Source: an uncultured delta proteobacterium (GTDB taxonomy: Bacteria > Desulfobacterota > BSN033 > UBA1163). From it: a stretch of DNA of 64,000 nt. The notes under the pieces are model-generated. The model worked only from the letters and a program-made list of their open reading frames with translations, had not been told where the DNA came from and did no database searches. This document shows, piece after piece, positions 50,457 through 60,766 of the stretch; the first letter of the stretch is position 1; every line of letters starts with the position of its first letter. Where the stretch lies: the NCBI GenBank assembly GCA_963827685.1, contig CAWHBU010000007.1, forward strand, positions 160,001-224,000. Reading direction: 5' to 3'. The translations under genes were made by a program, and so were the position numbers.

Positions 50457-51458
50457 CTAACGGTGATCGCGGAGATACCCGTTCTCTCGAAACCAATATA
50501 CTGCGTCGCGCAAAGCCTCCTCAACAGGCCGTGGATTAAATCCCAAAAAGCGCCTTGCCTTTTCTATTGAAAAAAACATCCTTTTCCTTGCCAATCGCAC
50601 CCCATTGAGTGTGACGCGCGGCTCTCTCCTGCTCACAATGCGGGCCCAGGCCTCAGACATACATGCGATGGGAAAGACGAGAGGATGGGGCAAACAGATT
50701 TTCGGAGGATTCTGGCCGGTGAGGGTCGCGATGGCACAGAGAATCTCTTTCAGCGTCATATTGCACGCTCCCAGGATGTATCGGTCACCCACTTTGCCAT
50801 GCTCCAAAGCGAGGAGATGACCGATCGCCACATCATCCACATGGACCAAGTTGAGACCTGTATCCACATAGGCGGGCATACGGCCAGAGGCTGCATCAAC
50901 AATGATCCGGCCGGTGGGTGTAGGTTTGATGTCCCGAGGACCGACGGGGGTTGAGGGATTGACAATGATGACAGGAAGACCTTGCTCATCGGCGAGGCGC
51001 TTCACCTCCGCTTCAGCCATGAACTTCGAGCGTTTGTAATGACCAATCATGTCTTTGAGCGACACAGGCGTGTCTTCATCAGCAGGACTCCCGTTCAGAG
51101 TGAACCCAAGGGTTGCCACACTGCTCGTATAGACAACACGCTTGATTCCAGCATTCATGGCGGCAAACATGATATGGCGCGTTCCAATGACATTGGTCTC
51201 ATACATTTCGCCGGGCTTGGGAACCCACAACCGGTAGTCCGCCGCTACATGAAACAGTGTGGAACAGTCCACCATCGCACGATCGAGTGACCGACGATCC
51301 GTGACATCGCCGGTGACGATCTCCACGGGCAAACCGGCAAGGTTGCGGCGATCACTTTTGGGTCTGACCAGAGCCCGGATGTGGTGACCGGCCGCAAGGA
51401 GTTGACGCAATACCGCAGACCCGACGAAACCGGAGGCGCCCGTGATCAAAGTCTTCAT
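50457..51458 (-). CDS. hpnA: Hopanoid-associated sugar epimerase
   Basis: TGASGFVG, HVAADYRLW, HYKRSK, TPVGPRDIKPTPTG. Confidence 0.9.
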   Translation of the reverse strand: MKTLITGASGFVGSAVLRQLLAAGHHIRALVRPKSDRRNLAGLPVEIVTGDVTDRRSLDRAMVDCSTLFHVAADYRLWVPKPGEMYETNVIGTRHIMFAAMNAGIKRVVYTSSVATLGFTLNGSPADEDTPVSLKDMIGHYKRSKFMAEAEVKRLADEQGLPVIIVNPSTPVGPRDIKPTPTGRIIVDAASGRMPAYVDTGLNLVHVDDVAIGHLLALEHGKVGDRYILGACNMTLKEILCAIATLTGQNPPKICLPHPLVFPIACMSEAWARIVSRREPRVTLNGVRLARKRMFFSIEKARRFLGFNPRPVEEALRDAVYWFRENGYLRDHR

Positions 51459-51596
51459 AGTCTCCCTTCGAGGAGATCCTCCTCTCTCACTGTCTTGGTA
51501 CATGCGCCGCAGATCATATAGATTCCGCTCGCTACACCCTAACTCAGTGGAGACGGCAAATCCATCAGTGGGTGGGAATACCTCTCCTTTGATTCA

Positions 51597-52309
51597 CTAT
51601 GGTGGAATGAGCAGATGGCTTCCTGCAAAGCGCACTACCTTTGCCAGTGTGACTTGTGCCGTGCGGAAATTCCAGCCGAGGCGGATCATCGGAAAGAGTT
51701 CCAAAGGGTGTTCCGCAAGCTTTTTCAGGAGTGTGAGGAATCTTATTCGCCCAAATTCATCCACAGCCGCTAAAGAGGTTTCAGGAATGGCCATATCAAA
51801 TGGATCGGCGATGGCACGAATGGCCATAAACGGGGCGTGCGCTTCCTGAGCCACCTTGGCCACAGCCCCACTCTCCATGTCCACTGCCATCGCGCCAGTG
51901 CGTTCAAACAAAACTCTCTTTTCCGTGGAGCTTCTCAACACCGTGCCACTTTCAGCTAAGGGGCCTTGGTGAAGATCAACACAGCCTTTCAGTCGATTGA
52001 GCAAACGTCCATGCCAGGTTGGGTCAGTGGAATAGAGAGACTGATCAGTGTCGATGACCAAGCTTGGGAGAACCAGACTGCCAGAAGAAAGAGTTGGGAC
52101 GAGCCCCCGGCGCTTCCCCAGCTCAGGAGGGCAGTTGCCCCGTGTTCCAGTAAATTCTTGGCAGCTCCCCCTGCCCTTCGTGGGCCAATACCGGAGAGCT
52201 GGATCACTGTTCCTTCTGGAAGGCGAATCAACTCATTTGTGGCGAAGGTTTTTCTTACCAAGCTCCGGGCTTCAACCGCCGTCGCTACGACAATCCCTAA
52301 GTGTCTCAA
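51597..52309 (-). CDS. hpnG: Hopanoid-associated phosphorylase; frameshift at C-run 52104-52108
   Basis: GIGP...LSWGSAGG, then in another frame AVDMESGAVA, IRAIADP; directly downstream of shc. Confidence 0.75.
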
Positions 52310-54246
52310 ACTGATTTCCTACTTCGCAGGTTGCGATAGCGTGCCAACGCCCATAAGGGGAAGTATTTCGCGTACCCGTGATACTTCAGAAAGAAAACCC
52401 GAGGGAAACCCGGCGCGGTGAACCACTCATCTTTCCATAGACCATCGGCCTGTTGTGTCCGCATGAGGTACTCGGCACCCCGGCGCAACTCAGTCGAATC
52501 GACCTCCCCCGCAGCCATAAGACCAAGCATCGCCCAGGCCGTCTGGAACGGGGTGCTGGCGTAACCCTGTCCCGCCCGCTCCGGATGAAAATAAGTGTCG
52601 CAGTCCTCACCCCAGCCGCCATCAGGCCGTTGTACACTTTTCATCCAAGCGACTGCACGATGAATGGGTGCTTGATCTGGGTGGTGGCCTGTTTTTTCAA
52701 GGGCAGCGAGCACTGACCACGTGCCGTAGATATAATTGGCACCCCAGCGACCGAACCAGGAACCATTTTTCTCCTGTTCCTTCCGTAGATAATCAAGGCA
52801 TGCCTTGAGCTCGCGGTCGTGATGGCCGAGTTGAGCCAGCAGGGTTGCACAGCGAGCACTCACATCGCTGGTTGGCGGATCGAGGAGAGCTTGGTGATCC
52901 GCAAACGGGATTTCATTAAGATAATAATAGGTGTTGTCAGCATCGTACGCAGCAAACCCTCCGTTTCTTGACTGCATGCCGCAAATCCAATCGATGGCAC
53001 GTTGGATCGATTCGTCGTAGCGCTTTGGGTCAGTCTGAATCATTGCCCAGGCGACCGCGGAGGTATCGTCGAGATCGGGATAGTATGAATTGTTAAACTG
53101 AAAAGCCCATCCACCGCCCTTGAGGTCCGGACGGTTCTCACACCAATCACCCGGCCCATCAAGTAATTGTCGATCTTTGAGCCACTCCAAAGCACGTAGG
53201 ATATTTTCTGCGGTCATACTACTGGATTCTTCCTGCAGTGCCAGGCAGGAAAGAGCGGTATCCCAGACAGGTGATACACACGGCTGACAATAGGCTGTAT
53301 TGCCACCGATGACAAGGAGGTTCTTTAACGCCCCCTTGGTAGTCACCCGGTAAGGGTGCTCAGACGGATATCCCAGGCAAGCCAGGGCCTCGTGTGCATT
53401 GACCATAGCCGGAAAGATCCCGCCAAGACCATCGATCCCGTTCAGTCGTTCGATGAACCACTCTCCCGCTTTTTCCACTGCTGACCGTCGAACGCTCTTG
53501 GGAATAAAGGGTTCCATAAAACGTCCCATCCTGTCGAGCAGCAAGAAGACACGGTTAAGGCGGGAGCGGACGGGAAAGTAATGTTTTTCTTTCTCAGGTG
53601 GAGTGCAGAAGAGCTCGCGCATGTGGATCTGCTTGGGATTTTTGGCCTTTGGCTTTAGACTGCATAAAATAGATAACGGAATAGCTACGGTTCGCGACCA
53701 GTAAGAGACCTTGCTGATGTGGAAAGGGAACCAGCGAGGCAACAGGATGAGCTCAACAGGTATGAAAGGGACACCGCGCCAAGGAATTTGGCCGAAAAGT
53801 GCAAGGGTGATGCGAGTGAACACATTCGATCGCGCTGCGCCACCATGGGCAAGGATAGCTTCGCACGCTTTCACCATGTGGGGCGCATCAGGGCTATCCC
53901 CAGCCAATTTTAAAGCATAGTAAGTTTTTACAGAAGAGCTCATGTCGAACTGTCCGCCATAAAATAGCGGCCAGCCCCCGTGATCACCCTGGTGCCCACG
54001 GAGATAGACGGCTATTTTAGCCTGAAGATCCTCGTCGATTTCATCCATGTAGTGCATCATCAAGATGTATTCGGCCGGAATCGTGCAGTCCGCCTCCAAC
54101 TCAAAGCACCAATAGCCATCTGGATGCTGCAAGGCGAGCAGAGCCTCGCGGGCCCGTAAAATGGCCTGCTCAAGCCTCTCCCTAAAAAAAGAGTCTGCCA
54201 GATAGGAAATCTCTTCCTTTTTTTCGTAATTCAATTGCGGGGACAT
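52306..54246 (-). CDS. shc: Squalene-hopene cyclase
   Basis: YPDLDDT (DxDD), QW repeats, SPVWDT, GRWG.NY.YGT, PGFPRVF. Confidence 0.96.
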   Translation of the reverse strand: MSPQLNYEKKEEISYLADSFFRERLEQAILRAREALLALQHPDGYWCFELEADCTIPAEYILMMHYMDEIDEDLQAKIAVYLRGHQGDHGGWPLFYGGQFDMSSSVKTYYALKLAGDSPDAPHMVKACEAILAHGGAARSNVFTRITLALFGQIPWRGVPFIPVELILLPRWFPFHISKVSYWSRTVAIPLSILCSLKPKAKNPKQIHMRELFCTPPEKEKHYFPVRSRLNRVFLLLDRMGRFMEPFIPKSVRRSAVEKAGEWFIERLNGIDGLGGIFPAMVNAHEALACLGYPSEHPYRVTTKGALKNLLVIGGNTAYCQPCVSPVWDTALSCLALQEESSSMTAENILRALEWLKDRQLLDGPGDWCENRPDLKGGGWAFQFNNSYYPDLDDTSAVAWAMIQTDPKRYDESIQRAIDWICGMQSRNGGFAAYDADNTYYYLNEIPFADHQALLDPPTSDVSARCATLLAQLGHHDRELKACLDYLRKEQEKNGSWFGRWGANYIYGTWSVLAALEKTGHHPDQAPIHRAVAWMKSVQRPDGGWGEDCDTYFHPERAGQGYASTPFQTAWAMLGLMAAGEVDSTELRRGAEYLMRTQQADGLWKDEWFTAPGFPRVFFLKYHGYAKYFPLWALARYRNLRSRKSV

Positions 54247-54700
54247 AAGTTCAACGGCACTGAATTGACTTTAGGATAAATTAGCACGCCTTCAGCTACA
54301 ATGCAACTCAAAAATGATGAAGGCGAAACCGTTGGAAATATCTCAAGGGCTTTTCTGGTAAACATAACGATAGAATTCTAATCGTTGGCAATGTCAATTG
54401 TCACCTCTGGATCCACATCCTGGGAAGGTGCATCAAGGAGGCAGCTTTCCTCTATGAAGCAGGCAAGATAGGCAGGCCACACCGAATACCAACAGGTTGG
54501 CCAAGCAATGAAAGGCCTTTTTGGAAAAGACAACCTGGGTTCCATTTGAACCGTTCATGAAGAACTTCACTGGATGATCCACATTTGATCACTTTTTTCA
54601 TCCCAGAAACCCTTTCAGAAACCAACCACTGTCGGTGAAACTCACCTTCTCTCTTGTTTTTTACGGCGTATTTTTTTATCATAAAACGTCTTACGTCAAA

Positions 54701-54812
54701 TTGATACTTCGACGGCGCCAAACCCGATCCTTTAGGACAGGGTGAGGAGCGCTGCTCAGTATCAACCCTGAGTAAACCCCGGGCTTTAGACCGGGGAAAG
54801 TCGAAGGGTTGA
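54701..54812. repeat. Composite hairpin element (IS200/IS605-end-like)
   Basis: TCAACCCT...AGGGTTGA enclosing CCCCGG-CTTTAG-CCGGGG; second ACCC..CCTTTAGG..GGGT hairpin. Confidence 0.5.
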
Positions 54813-54831
54813 TTTCTTTGGACCGCTTGCG

Positions 54832-57486
54832 ATGATAGAACGGGCTCGAACTTATTCAACACGTCTTTTCGGAGCGTGGGCAGATTTCATCGGCCATCAT
54901 TCCGCCCTTGTCCTTTTTCTCTCCGTCCTTGCAACGGTTGGGGTGCTGATCTATACGGTGAACCATTTTCGGATTGATACGGAACTGGCGGATATGATCT
55001 CCGAAAAGCTTCCCTATCGCAAACTGGAGAAAGAGTTCCAAAACGCCTTTCCTCAATTCAAGGAAACCATTGTGGTCGTTATCGACGCCGATACCCCTGA
55101 GACCGCCCGCCTTCAGAGACAAAAATTGGCCGAACGCTTAAAGAAGGAGACGGGCTTATTCAAAGGGGTTTACACGCCAGGAAGTGGGGAATTCTTTGAG
55201 AGAAATGGTCTCCTCTATCTGACCGTAAAGGACCTCGAAGCCCTTTCTGAAAACCTCGCAAGTGCCCAGCCTTTGCTCGGACTCATTTCAAAGGATCTAA
55301 CCCTCCGGGGTCTCTTCTCCGTCGTCGAAAGGATTGTGAACCAAGAAGGGGATATCGAGCAGAAGACAAAGCTCGTACCCTTCTTGGATCACCTAGCCCA
55401 AACAGTTGAAAGTTCAACTTCAAACCGGCCGAGACCACTTTCCTGGCAGGAACTCATTCTGGGGAAAGAGGCGGCGGGAGAGGCAAGCCGTCAGTTTATA
55501 ATCCTTGATCCTGTTCTTGACCACGCTACGCTTTCCGGAGGAGAGGCTGGCATCGAAGCAATTTATCGTATCAGGGACGAGCTCGGCCTTCATGAAGCCA
55601 ATGGGGTGACGGTCCGGCTGACAGGGGACGTTGTTCTCAATTATGAAAATCTGGTTGCGGTGAACAGAGGAATGGGATTAACGACTCTCATATCCTTCCT
55701 CCTCGTGGCCGTCGCCCTTGTGATCGGCCTGGGTTCTGGCAGGCTTGTCTTCGCCAGCCTTGTGACCCTTCTCATGGGTTTCATTTGGACCCTCGGGTTT
55801 GCCATTGCCTTTGTAGGTCGTCTCAATCTCATTTCTGTCGCCTTCGGGGTGCTTTTCATAGGCCTTGGCATTGATTACGGCATCCAATACTGTATCCGGT
55901 ATCGGGAGCTGATCGCATCGGGTCTCGGACACCACGGGGCGATTGTCCAAACGGCAACGGGATTGGGCCTTGGCCTGCGGCTTTGCACCGTTGCCGCGGC
56001 CATCGGTTTTTACTCCTTTTTGCCAACCCCTTATACCGGCGTTTCAGAACTGGGGCTCATCGCCGGTACAGGAATGTTCATCAACCTCTTTGCTACCCTT
56101 ACCGTACTCCCTGCACTCCTTACCCTGCTTCCCCTTAGGAAGGCAAGCATAAGAGAATTCACTCCTGACAGGCCCGTATACCGGGTGCTCTACAAACATG
56201 CTAAGGCGATCGTGCTCGGCGCGATCGTGATTGGGATAGGGGCTGCCTTCCTCGTACCCAAACTTTATTTCGACTATAATCCCCTCAATCTCTATGATCC
56301 GCATTCCGAGGCGGTTTTGACGATTAAGGAACTTTTCAAAAATGAAAGGACCTCTCCGTGGACAATCTCCATCCTTGCAGGAAATGCCAAAGAGGCAGAG
56401 GAGATGGCAGGCAGGTTAAAAGGTCTTAAAGAAGTCAAAGAGGCAATCACGATTGCCAGCTTCGTTCCTGAAGATCAGTCGAGCAAACTGGCGATCCTCT
56501 CCGACATTGCCCTTTTTATGCCGCCAGGACTGCAAACGCTGAAACCAGAAAAGTTGAGTTATGAAAAGAACGTAGCGTCTTTAGAAAGTTTGGAAACCTC
56601 CCTGAAGAAGGTCCTCTCCACGGCTCCAAAAGAGAATGGCGACTATGCCACCCCTGTCAGCCGCCTCCATCGTTCCCTGGAAGGGTTCAGAAGAACTCTT
56701 CGTCATCCGGGAAATGGGAAGGAAGCATTTGATAAGCTTGAGCAGAGTGTTCTTTCCAACTTGCCTGTCCTCTTTCATGAGCTCGAGACGTCTCTTCGGG
56801 CACATGCTGTGAAAGAATCGGATTTGCCCCGTGAATTACGTTCCCGGTATGTGGCACCGGACGGACGTTATCGTGTCGAGGTCTTCCCCCGAGAGAATAT
56901 CTTGGAGACCGACTCTTTGAAAAGTTTCGTTGAAGCGGTGAGTGCCTTGGCCCCGAATTCAACGGATACGCCTGTAACGATACAGGAAGCAGGGAATGCA
57001 GTTGTCCGTTCCTTTCTTCTGGCGACTCTGTATGCTCTTTTGGCGATCACTCTCTACATGCTGATCGAGATCAGAAGTGCCTCAGATACCTTCCTCGTCC
57101 TTTTACCGCTCACGCTTTCGCTGCTGATGACAGGGGCTACCTCCGTCATCCTCGATATCCCTTTCAATTTTGCAAACGTCATAGTAATCCCCCTTCTTCT
57201 GGGCAGCGGTGTGGAGGGTATCTATCTCATCCACCGTTTCCGCACGGACCCGCCATCGAGTGGTAACATGCTGGAAACGAGCACGGCGAGGGCTCTCTTT
57301 TTCAGTACCCTGACGACCATCCTGAGCTTCAGCGCTCTCTCTTTTTCCCCCCACCGCGGCATGGCCAGTATGGGAAAGCTTCTCACCATCTGCATCGGTT
57401 CCCTCATGATCACCACGCTCGTTTTTCTACCTGCGGTGTTGAAATTTGTAAAAACCACAGAAAGAAATCCGAGTCGCAAGGAATAG
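54832..57486 (+). CDS. hpnN: Hopanoid transporter, MMPL/RND family
   Basis: FFERNGLLYL, LFIGLGIDYGI, GVSELGLIAG, DYNPLNL, FNFANVI, HRGMASMG. Confidence 0.92.
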   Translation: MIERARTYSTRLFGAWADFIGHHSALVLFLSVLATVGVLIYTVNHFRIDTELADMISEKLPYRKLEKEFQNAFPQFKETIVVVIDADTPETARLQRQKLAERLKKETGLFKGVYTPGSGEFFERNGLLYLTVKDLEALSENLASAQPLLGLISKDLTLRGLFSVVERIVNQEGDIEQKTKLVPFLDHLAQTVESSTSNRPRPLSWQELILGKEAAGEASRQFIILDPVLDHATLSGGEAGIEAIYRIRDELGLHEANGVTVRLTGDVVLNYENLVAVNRGMGLTTLISFLLVAVALVIGLGSGRLVFASLVTLLMGFIWTLGFAIAFVGRLNLISVAFGVLFIGLGIDYGIQYCIRYRELIASGLGHHGAIVQTATGLGLGLRLCTVAAAIGFYSFLPTPYTGVSELGLIAGTGMFINLFATLTVLPALLTLLPLRKASIREFTPDRPVYRVLYKHAKAIVLGAIVIGIGAAFLVPKLYFDYNPLNLYDPHSEAVLTIKELFKNERTSPWTISILAGNAKEAEEMAGRLKGLKEVKEAITIASFVPEDQSSKLAILSDIALFMPPGLQTLKPEKLSYEKNVASLESLETSLKKVLSTAPKENGDYATPVSRLHRSLEGFRRTLRHPGNGKEAFDKLEQSVLSNLPVLFHELETSLRAHAVKESDLPRELRSRYVAPDGRYRVEVFPRENILETDSLKSFVEAVSALAPNSTDTPVTIQEAGNAVVRSFLLATLYALLAITLYMLIEIRSASDTFLVLLPLTLSLLMTGATSVILDIPFNFANVIVIPLLLGSGVEGIYLIHRFRTDPPSSGNMLETSTARALFFSTLTTILSFSALSFSPHRGMASMGKLLTICIGSLMITTLVFLPAVLKFVKTTERNPSRKE

Positions 57487-57659
57487 CACGCCTTCAGAAG
57501 AAATGGCCTCTCCCCCTTCATCGAGGTTGCCCGATTGCAAATCACCTGGAAAAAGAATAAGATTGGTTCAAGTCACCCAGTTCAGTTTATTTTTTTGAAA
57601 AAACCCTCGGCGAAAGAATTGAGGAATAATCAGAGAAAGTAGACACCCTGCTCCAATGG

Positions 57660-58849
57660 GTGCAGGAACAAAGGCTAATTGTGCAACTCTTTGGGTCTCT
57701 TTTGCAGTGGATCTGTTTGGTTCCCACGATCGCGGGATCTATTTATTTGATTCTATGCCTGCTTGCGGTCTTGCGCTTCCGGACCCAGCCCGATGTTCGC
57801 CCGAGTACTCCTTTTCTCAATGGCCTCCGGTCACCATTCTGAAGCCCGTGCGGGGCCTTGAGAAAAACCAGGAGCATAATCTGCGTAGCGCCTGCCTGCA
57901 GGATTACCCAGAGTTTCAGGTCGTTTTCTCAATTCAAGACCCCGACGATCCGGTCCTCCCCCTGCTGAAAAAAATCGAACTGGAGTTTGGTTCGAAAAAA
58001 GTATCCGTGGTTATCGGAGATCGCCAGGTCGGTCCCAATGGAAAGATTAACAACCTTCTCGGTGCCCTACCCCGTGCGCATTACGATATCCTGGTCATCA
58101 GCGACAGTGACGTATACTTGAAACATGATTATCTGAAAGCGATCATTGCTCCTCTGGCTGATCCCAACGTAGGATGTGTCTGTACACTTTATAAAGCGAC
58201 CTGCGCGGATCGATGGTACGAGAAAATGGAGCTGCTGACCTTCAACGCCGATTTCATTCCCAGCGTGATCTTTGCCCATGTCACCGGATCTGCAAAGTTT
58301 TGTCTGGGATCTTCGATGGCATTGCGGCGGTCTTCCTTGAATGAACTAGGTGGCCTGGAAACTTTATCTGACTACCTCGTAGAAGACTATGAGATCGGCC
58401 GGAGACTCTGGACTTCCGGAAAGAAGATCGCTATTGTGCGCTACTTCGTCGACATCGTAGTGGATCTTAAGAATCCATTTCAGTGGTGGAATCATCAGAT
58501 CTTTTGGGATCAGAAAACCCGCGCAGCACAACCCGCGGGTTTTTTTGCCACCCTACTGATTCGTTCTGTTCCCTTTGCACTTTTTTTTGCAGCGTCCCGT
58601 TCGGGAGATGCTGTCGGGCTGGTGGTCTTGGGAGGAGCCATTGGGCTTCGCCTGGCAATCGCCGCGGTCATTCTGGGATGGGGCCTTCGAGATAGGGAGG
58701 GGTTAAAAAGTCTTGCGCTTCTCCCATTAAGAGATCTAACAGATCTTGTTTCTTGGTTGTTGGCCATTACGAAAAAGAGGGTCATTTGGCGCGGTTCAGA
58801 GTTTAATTTGATCCGTGGACGTTTGGTGCCTCGGGAGAACCCATCATGA
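57660..58849 (+). CDS. hpnI: Bacteriohopanetetrol glucosamine glycosyltransferase; frameshift near 57790
   Basis: N-terminal TM helix in ORF 57660-57842 joins PVTILKPVRG, GPNGKINNL, ISDSD, LVEDY, WRG in the other frame. Confidence 0.8.
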
Positions 58850-59694
58850 AAAAGCTCATCATTACCGGGGATGACTTTGGTCTTTCGCGGTCGGTGAACG
58901 AAGCGATCGAAGAGGCCCATCGACGAGGTTATCTCACAGGCGCGAGCTTGATGGTGGGGGGGAAAGCCGCAACAGATGCCGTGGACCGAGCAAGGCGATT
59001 TCCTTCCCTGAAGATTGGCCTACATCTGGTGCTGGTGGACGGATTCTCCGTCTTACCTCCTGAAACCATTCCAAATCTCGTAGACCAAAGAGGTAGACTT
59101 CCAGCTCATCTCATCGGGGCAGGAATGAATTTCTTTTTTCGGCTGAAGGTGAGGCAGCAGTTGGAGGCGGAAATCCGTGCACAGTTTGAAGCGTTCCAAA
59201 AGACCGGACTTTTACTCGACCACGTCAATGCCCATCATCACATGCACCTCCATCCGACCGTATCGGGGCTCATCTTGATGGTTGGAAGGGATTACGGAAT
59301 GAGAACCGTACGACTGCCTTATGAGCCTCCTTTACCTTCATGGCGAGCGTCGAGGAATGGACTTCTACGGAGGACGGGCACTTGCCTTCTCCTGTCGCCT
59401 TGGGTTTCTCTTTTAAAGAAAAGGTTCAAGCGTGCGGGGGTGCACTCGAATGATTTTGTTTTTGGCATGAACGACAGCGGTCGCATGAATTTAGATCTGG
59501 TCCTTCGTCTTCTCAGGCAGCTTCCTTCAGGAGTGACAGAAATCTATTTCCATCCTGTCGTTCCCGAGGCGGGCGGACGAGGAAAAGGCAGTCGCCCTCA
59601 GGACGATTTAGAAGCCCTGAAAAGTCTTGAGGTACGAGAGGCACTTCTCACCTCGGGTATCCAACTGATTGCGTTCAGTGACCTTCAGGAATAA
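58846..59694 (+). CDS. hpnK: YdjC-family deacetylase
   Basis: ITGDDFG, GLHLVL, DHVNAHHHMHLHP, EIYFHP. Confidence 0.9.
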   Translation: MKKLIITGDDFGLSRSVNEAIEEAHRRGYLTGASLMVGGKAATDAVDRARRFPSLKIGLHLVLVDGFSVLPPETIPNLVDQRGRLPAHLIGAGMNFFFRLKVRQQLEAEIRAQFEAFQKTGLLLDHVNAHHHMHLHPTVSGLILMVGRDYGMRTVRLPYEPPLPSWRASRNGLLRRTGTCLLLSPWVSLLKKRFKRAGVHSNDFVFGMNDSGRMNLDLVLRLLRQLPSGVTEIYFHPVVPEAGGRGKGSRPQDDLEALKSLEVREALLTSGIQLIAFSDLQE

Positions 59695-59708
59695 TATCGA
59701 AATCCAAA

Positions 59709-59832
59709 GTGAAGCTCTCCGACCAGAAGCCGGGGCTTCCCGGGCACGCAGTGGCGAGCGGGACGCGAGCAAAGGAAATATCGTTTAAATTGTGCCCCTT
59801 CCTGGCTGCCGGTAGGCAGGGAGCGCACCCGG
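59709..59832 (+). repeat. Mini-element family F1, copy 6 (degenerate)
   Basis: GTGAAGCTC...GGGGCTTCCCGG...AAAGGAAATATCGTTT.AATTGTGCCCCTT plus GCCGGTAGGCAGG insert. Confidence 0.65.
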
Positions 59833-59870
59833 ATCATCGACTGTCTGTTGCAGCCTAATTAGATAAAGGC

Positions 59871-60239
59871 TCAAGGCAGGGAGGTTAAAGCGACTCCGAG
59901 GCAGACAAGAAGAATTCCCCCCCAGCGCTGGAAGGTGACGGTCTCCTTCAAGAAAAACTTCGCTCCAAGGGTGCTGAAAACATAGACCAATGATTTGGCG
60001 GGAAAAACAAGACTTAAGTCAGCCCAGGAGAGAACGATCAAAAATGAGAAGAAGGTGACGGCAACAAAAAAAATGCCGGAAAGAAAGCTTTTATTAGTGA
60101 TCACCCTCCCCCCAATGGCCAGAAGGGCTTTCAGATTGAGGGTGGAGATCTCACCCACTTGCTTCATTCCTCTGGTTAGGAAGACATCCCCTGCTGAATC
60201 GGCCAACACGATGATGGCAATCAGAATCGCGGTTCTCAT
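59871..60239 (-). CDS. Small EamA/SMR-like 4-TM protein (ArnE/F-like)
   Basis: GDVFLTRGMK, LSWADLS.VFP, FLKETV...RW.G. Confidence 0.8.
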   Translation of the reverse strand: MRTAILIAIIVLADSAGDVFLTRGMKQVGEISTLNLKALLAIGGRVITNKSFLSGIFFVAVTFFSFLIVLSWADLSLVFPAKSLVYVFSTLGAKFFLKETVTFQRWGGILLVCLGVALTSLP

Positions 60240-60670
60240 CGCCCCCCACTTCTCAGAATCTCTTTGCTTTCGTGGTAGGCCTTTTGCCTCTCGGATCGCA
60301 AAATCAGGATGACGCCGATGGAAATCAATAGAACCCCCGTCCATCTCGTCAGAGAAACGACTTCATGGAGGAAGTGGTTGGCAAACACCACATTCACCAC
60401 GACTTCTGCGGAAACAGCGGGCACAACAAAGCTTAAATCGGCCCATGAAAGGGCGGAGGCAAAAAGAATAAAAGAAACGATTAAGAGAGCTGTTCCAAAC
60501 CAAAGGGTAGGACTTTCAACGGCCTGGGGATATAGAACTAACCAATTGTTACTCCCGATCTCCTTCATCCGCATGCTGAGGAAAACGTTTCCGGCCGCCT
60601 GAGCAAATATGGCCGGAATCAACACAAGAATGGTTTTCCTCAAGGAAGTTCCTCTGGCAGTCGACGTCAT
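60236..60670 (-). CDS. Small EamA/SMR-like 4-TM protein, paralog
   Basis: GNVFLS.RMK, LSWADLSFVVP, FLHEVV..RW.G. Confidence 0.8.
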   Translation of the reverse strand: MTSTARGTSLRKTILVLIPAIFAQAAGNVFLSMRMKEIGSNNWLVLYPQAVESPTLWFGTALLIVSFILFASALSWADLSFVVPAVSAEVVVNVVFANHFLHEVVSLTRWTGVLLISIGVILILRSERQKAYHESKEILRSGGR

Positions 60671-60766
60671 GGGTGGTCACCGTCCCGCCTCTCGAACCTT
60701 CGATCTTTTCCATTTTTTCTGGTACCTATCCAGTCACAGCGGAAATGTCTCCAGTGATTCATCCGG

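Noticed and set aside
54452-54862. 136-aa ORF between shc and hpnN
   Set aside because: It runs through a hairpin repeat element, overlaps the hpnN start and has no recognisable domain.
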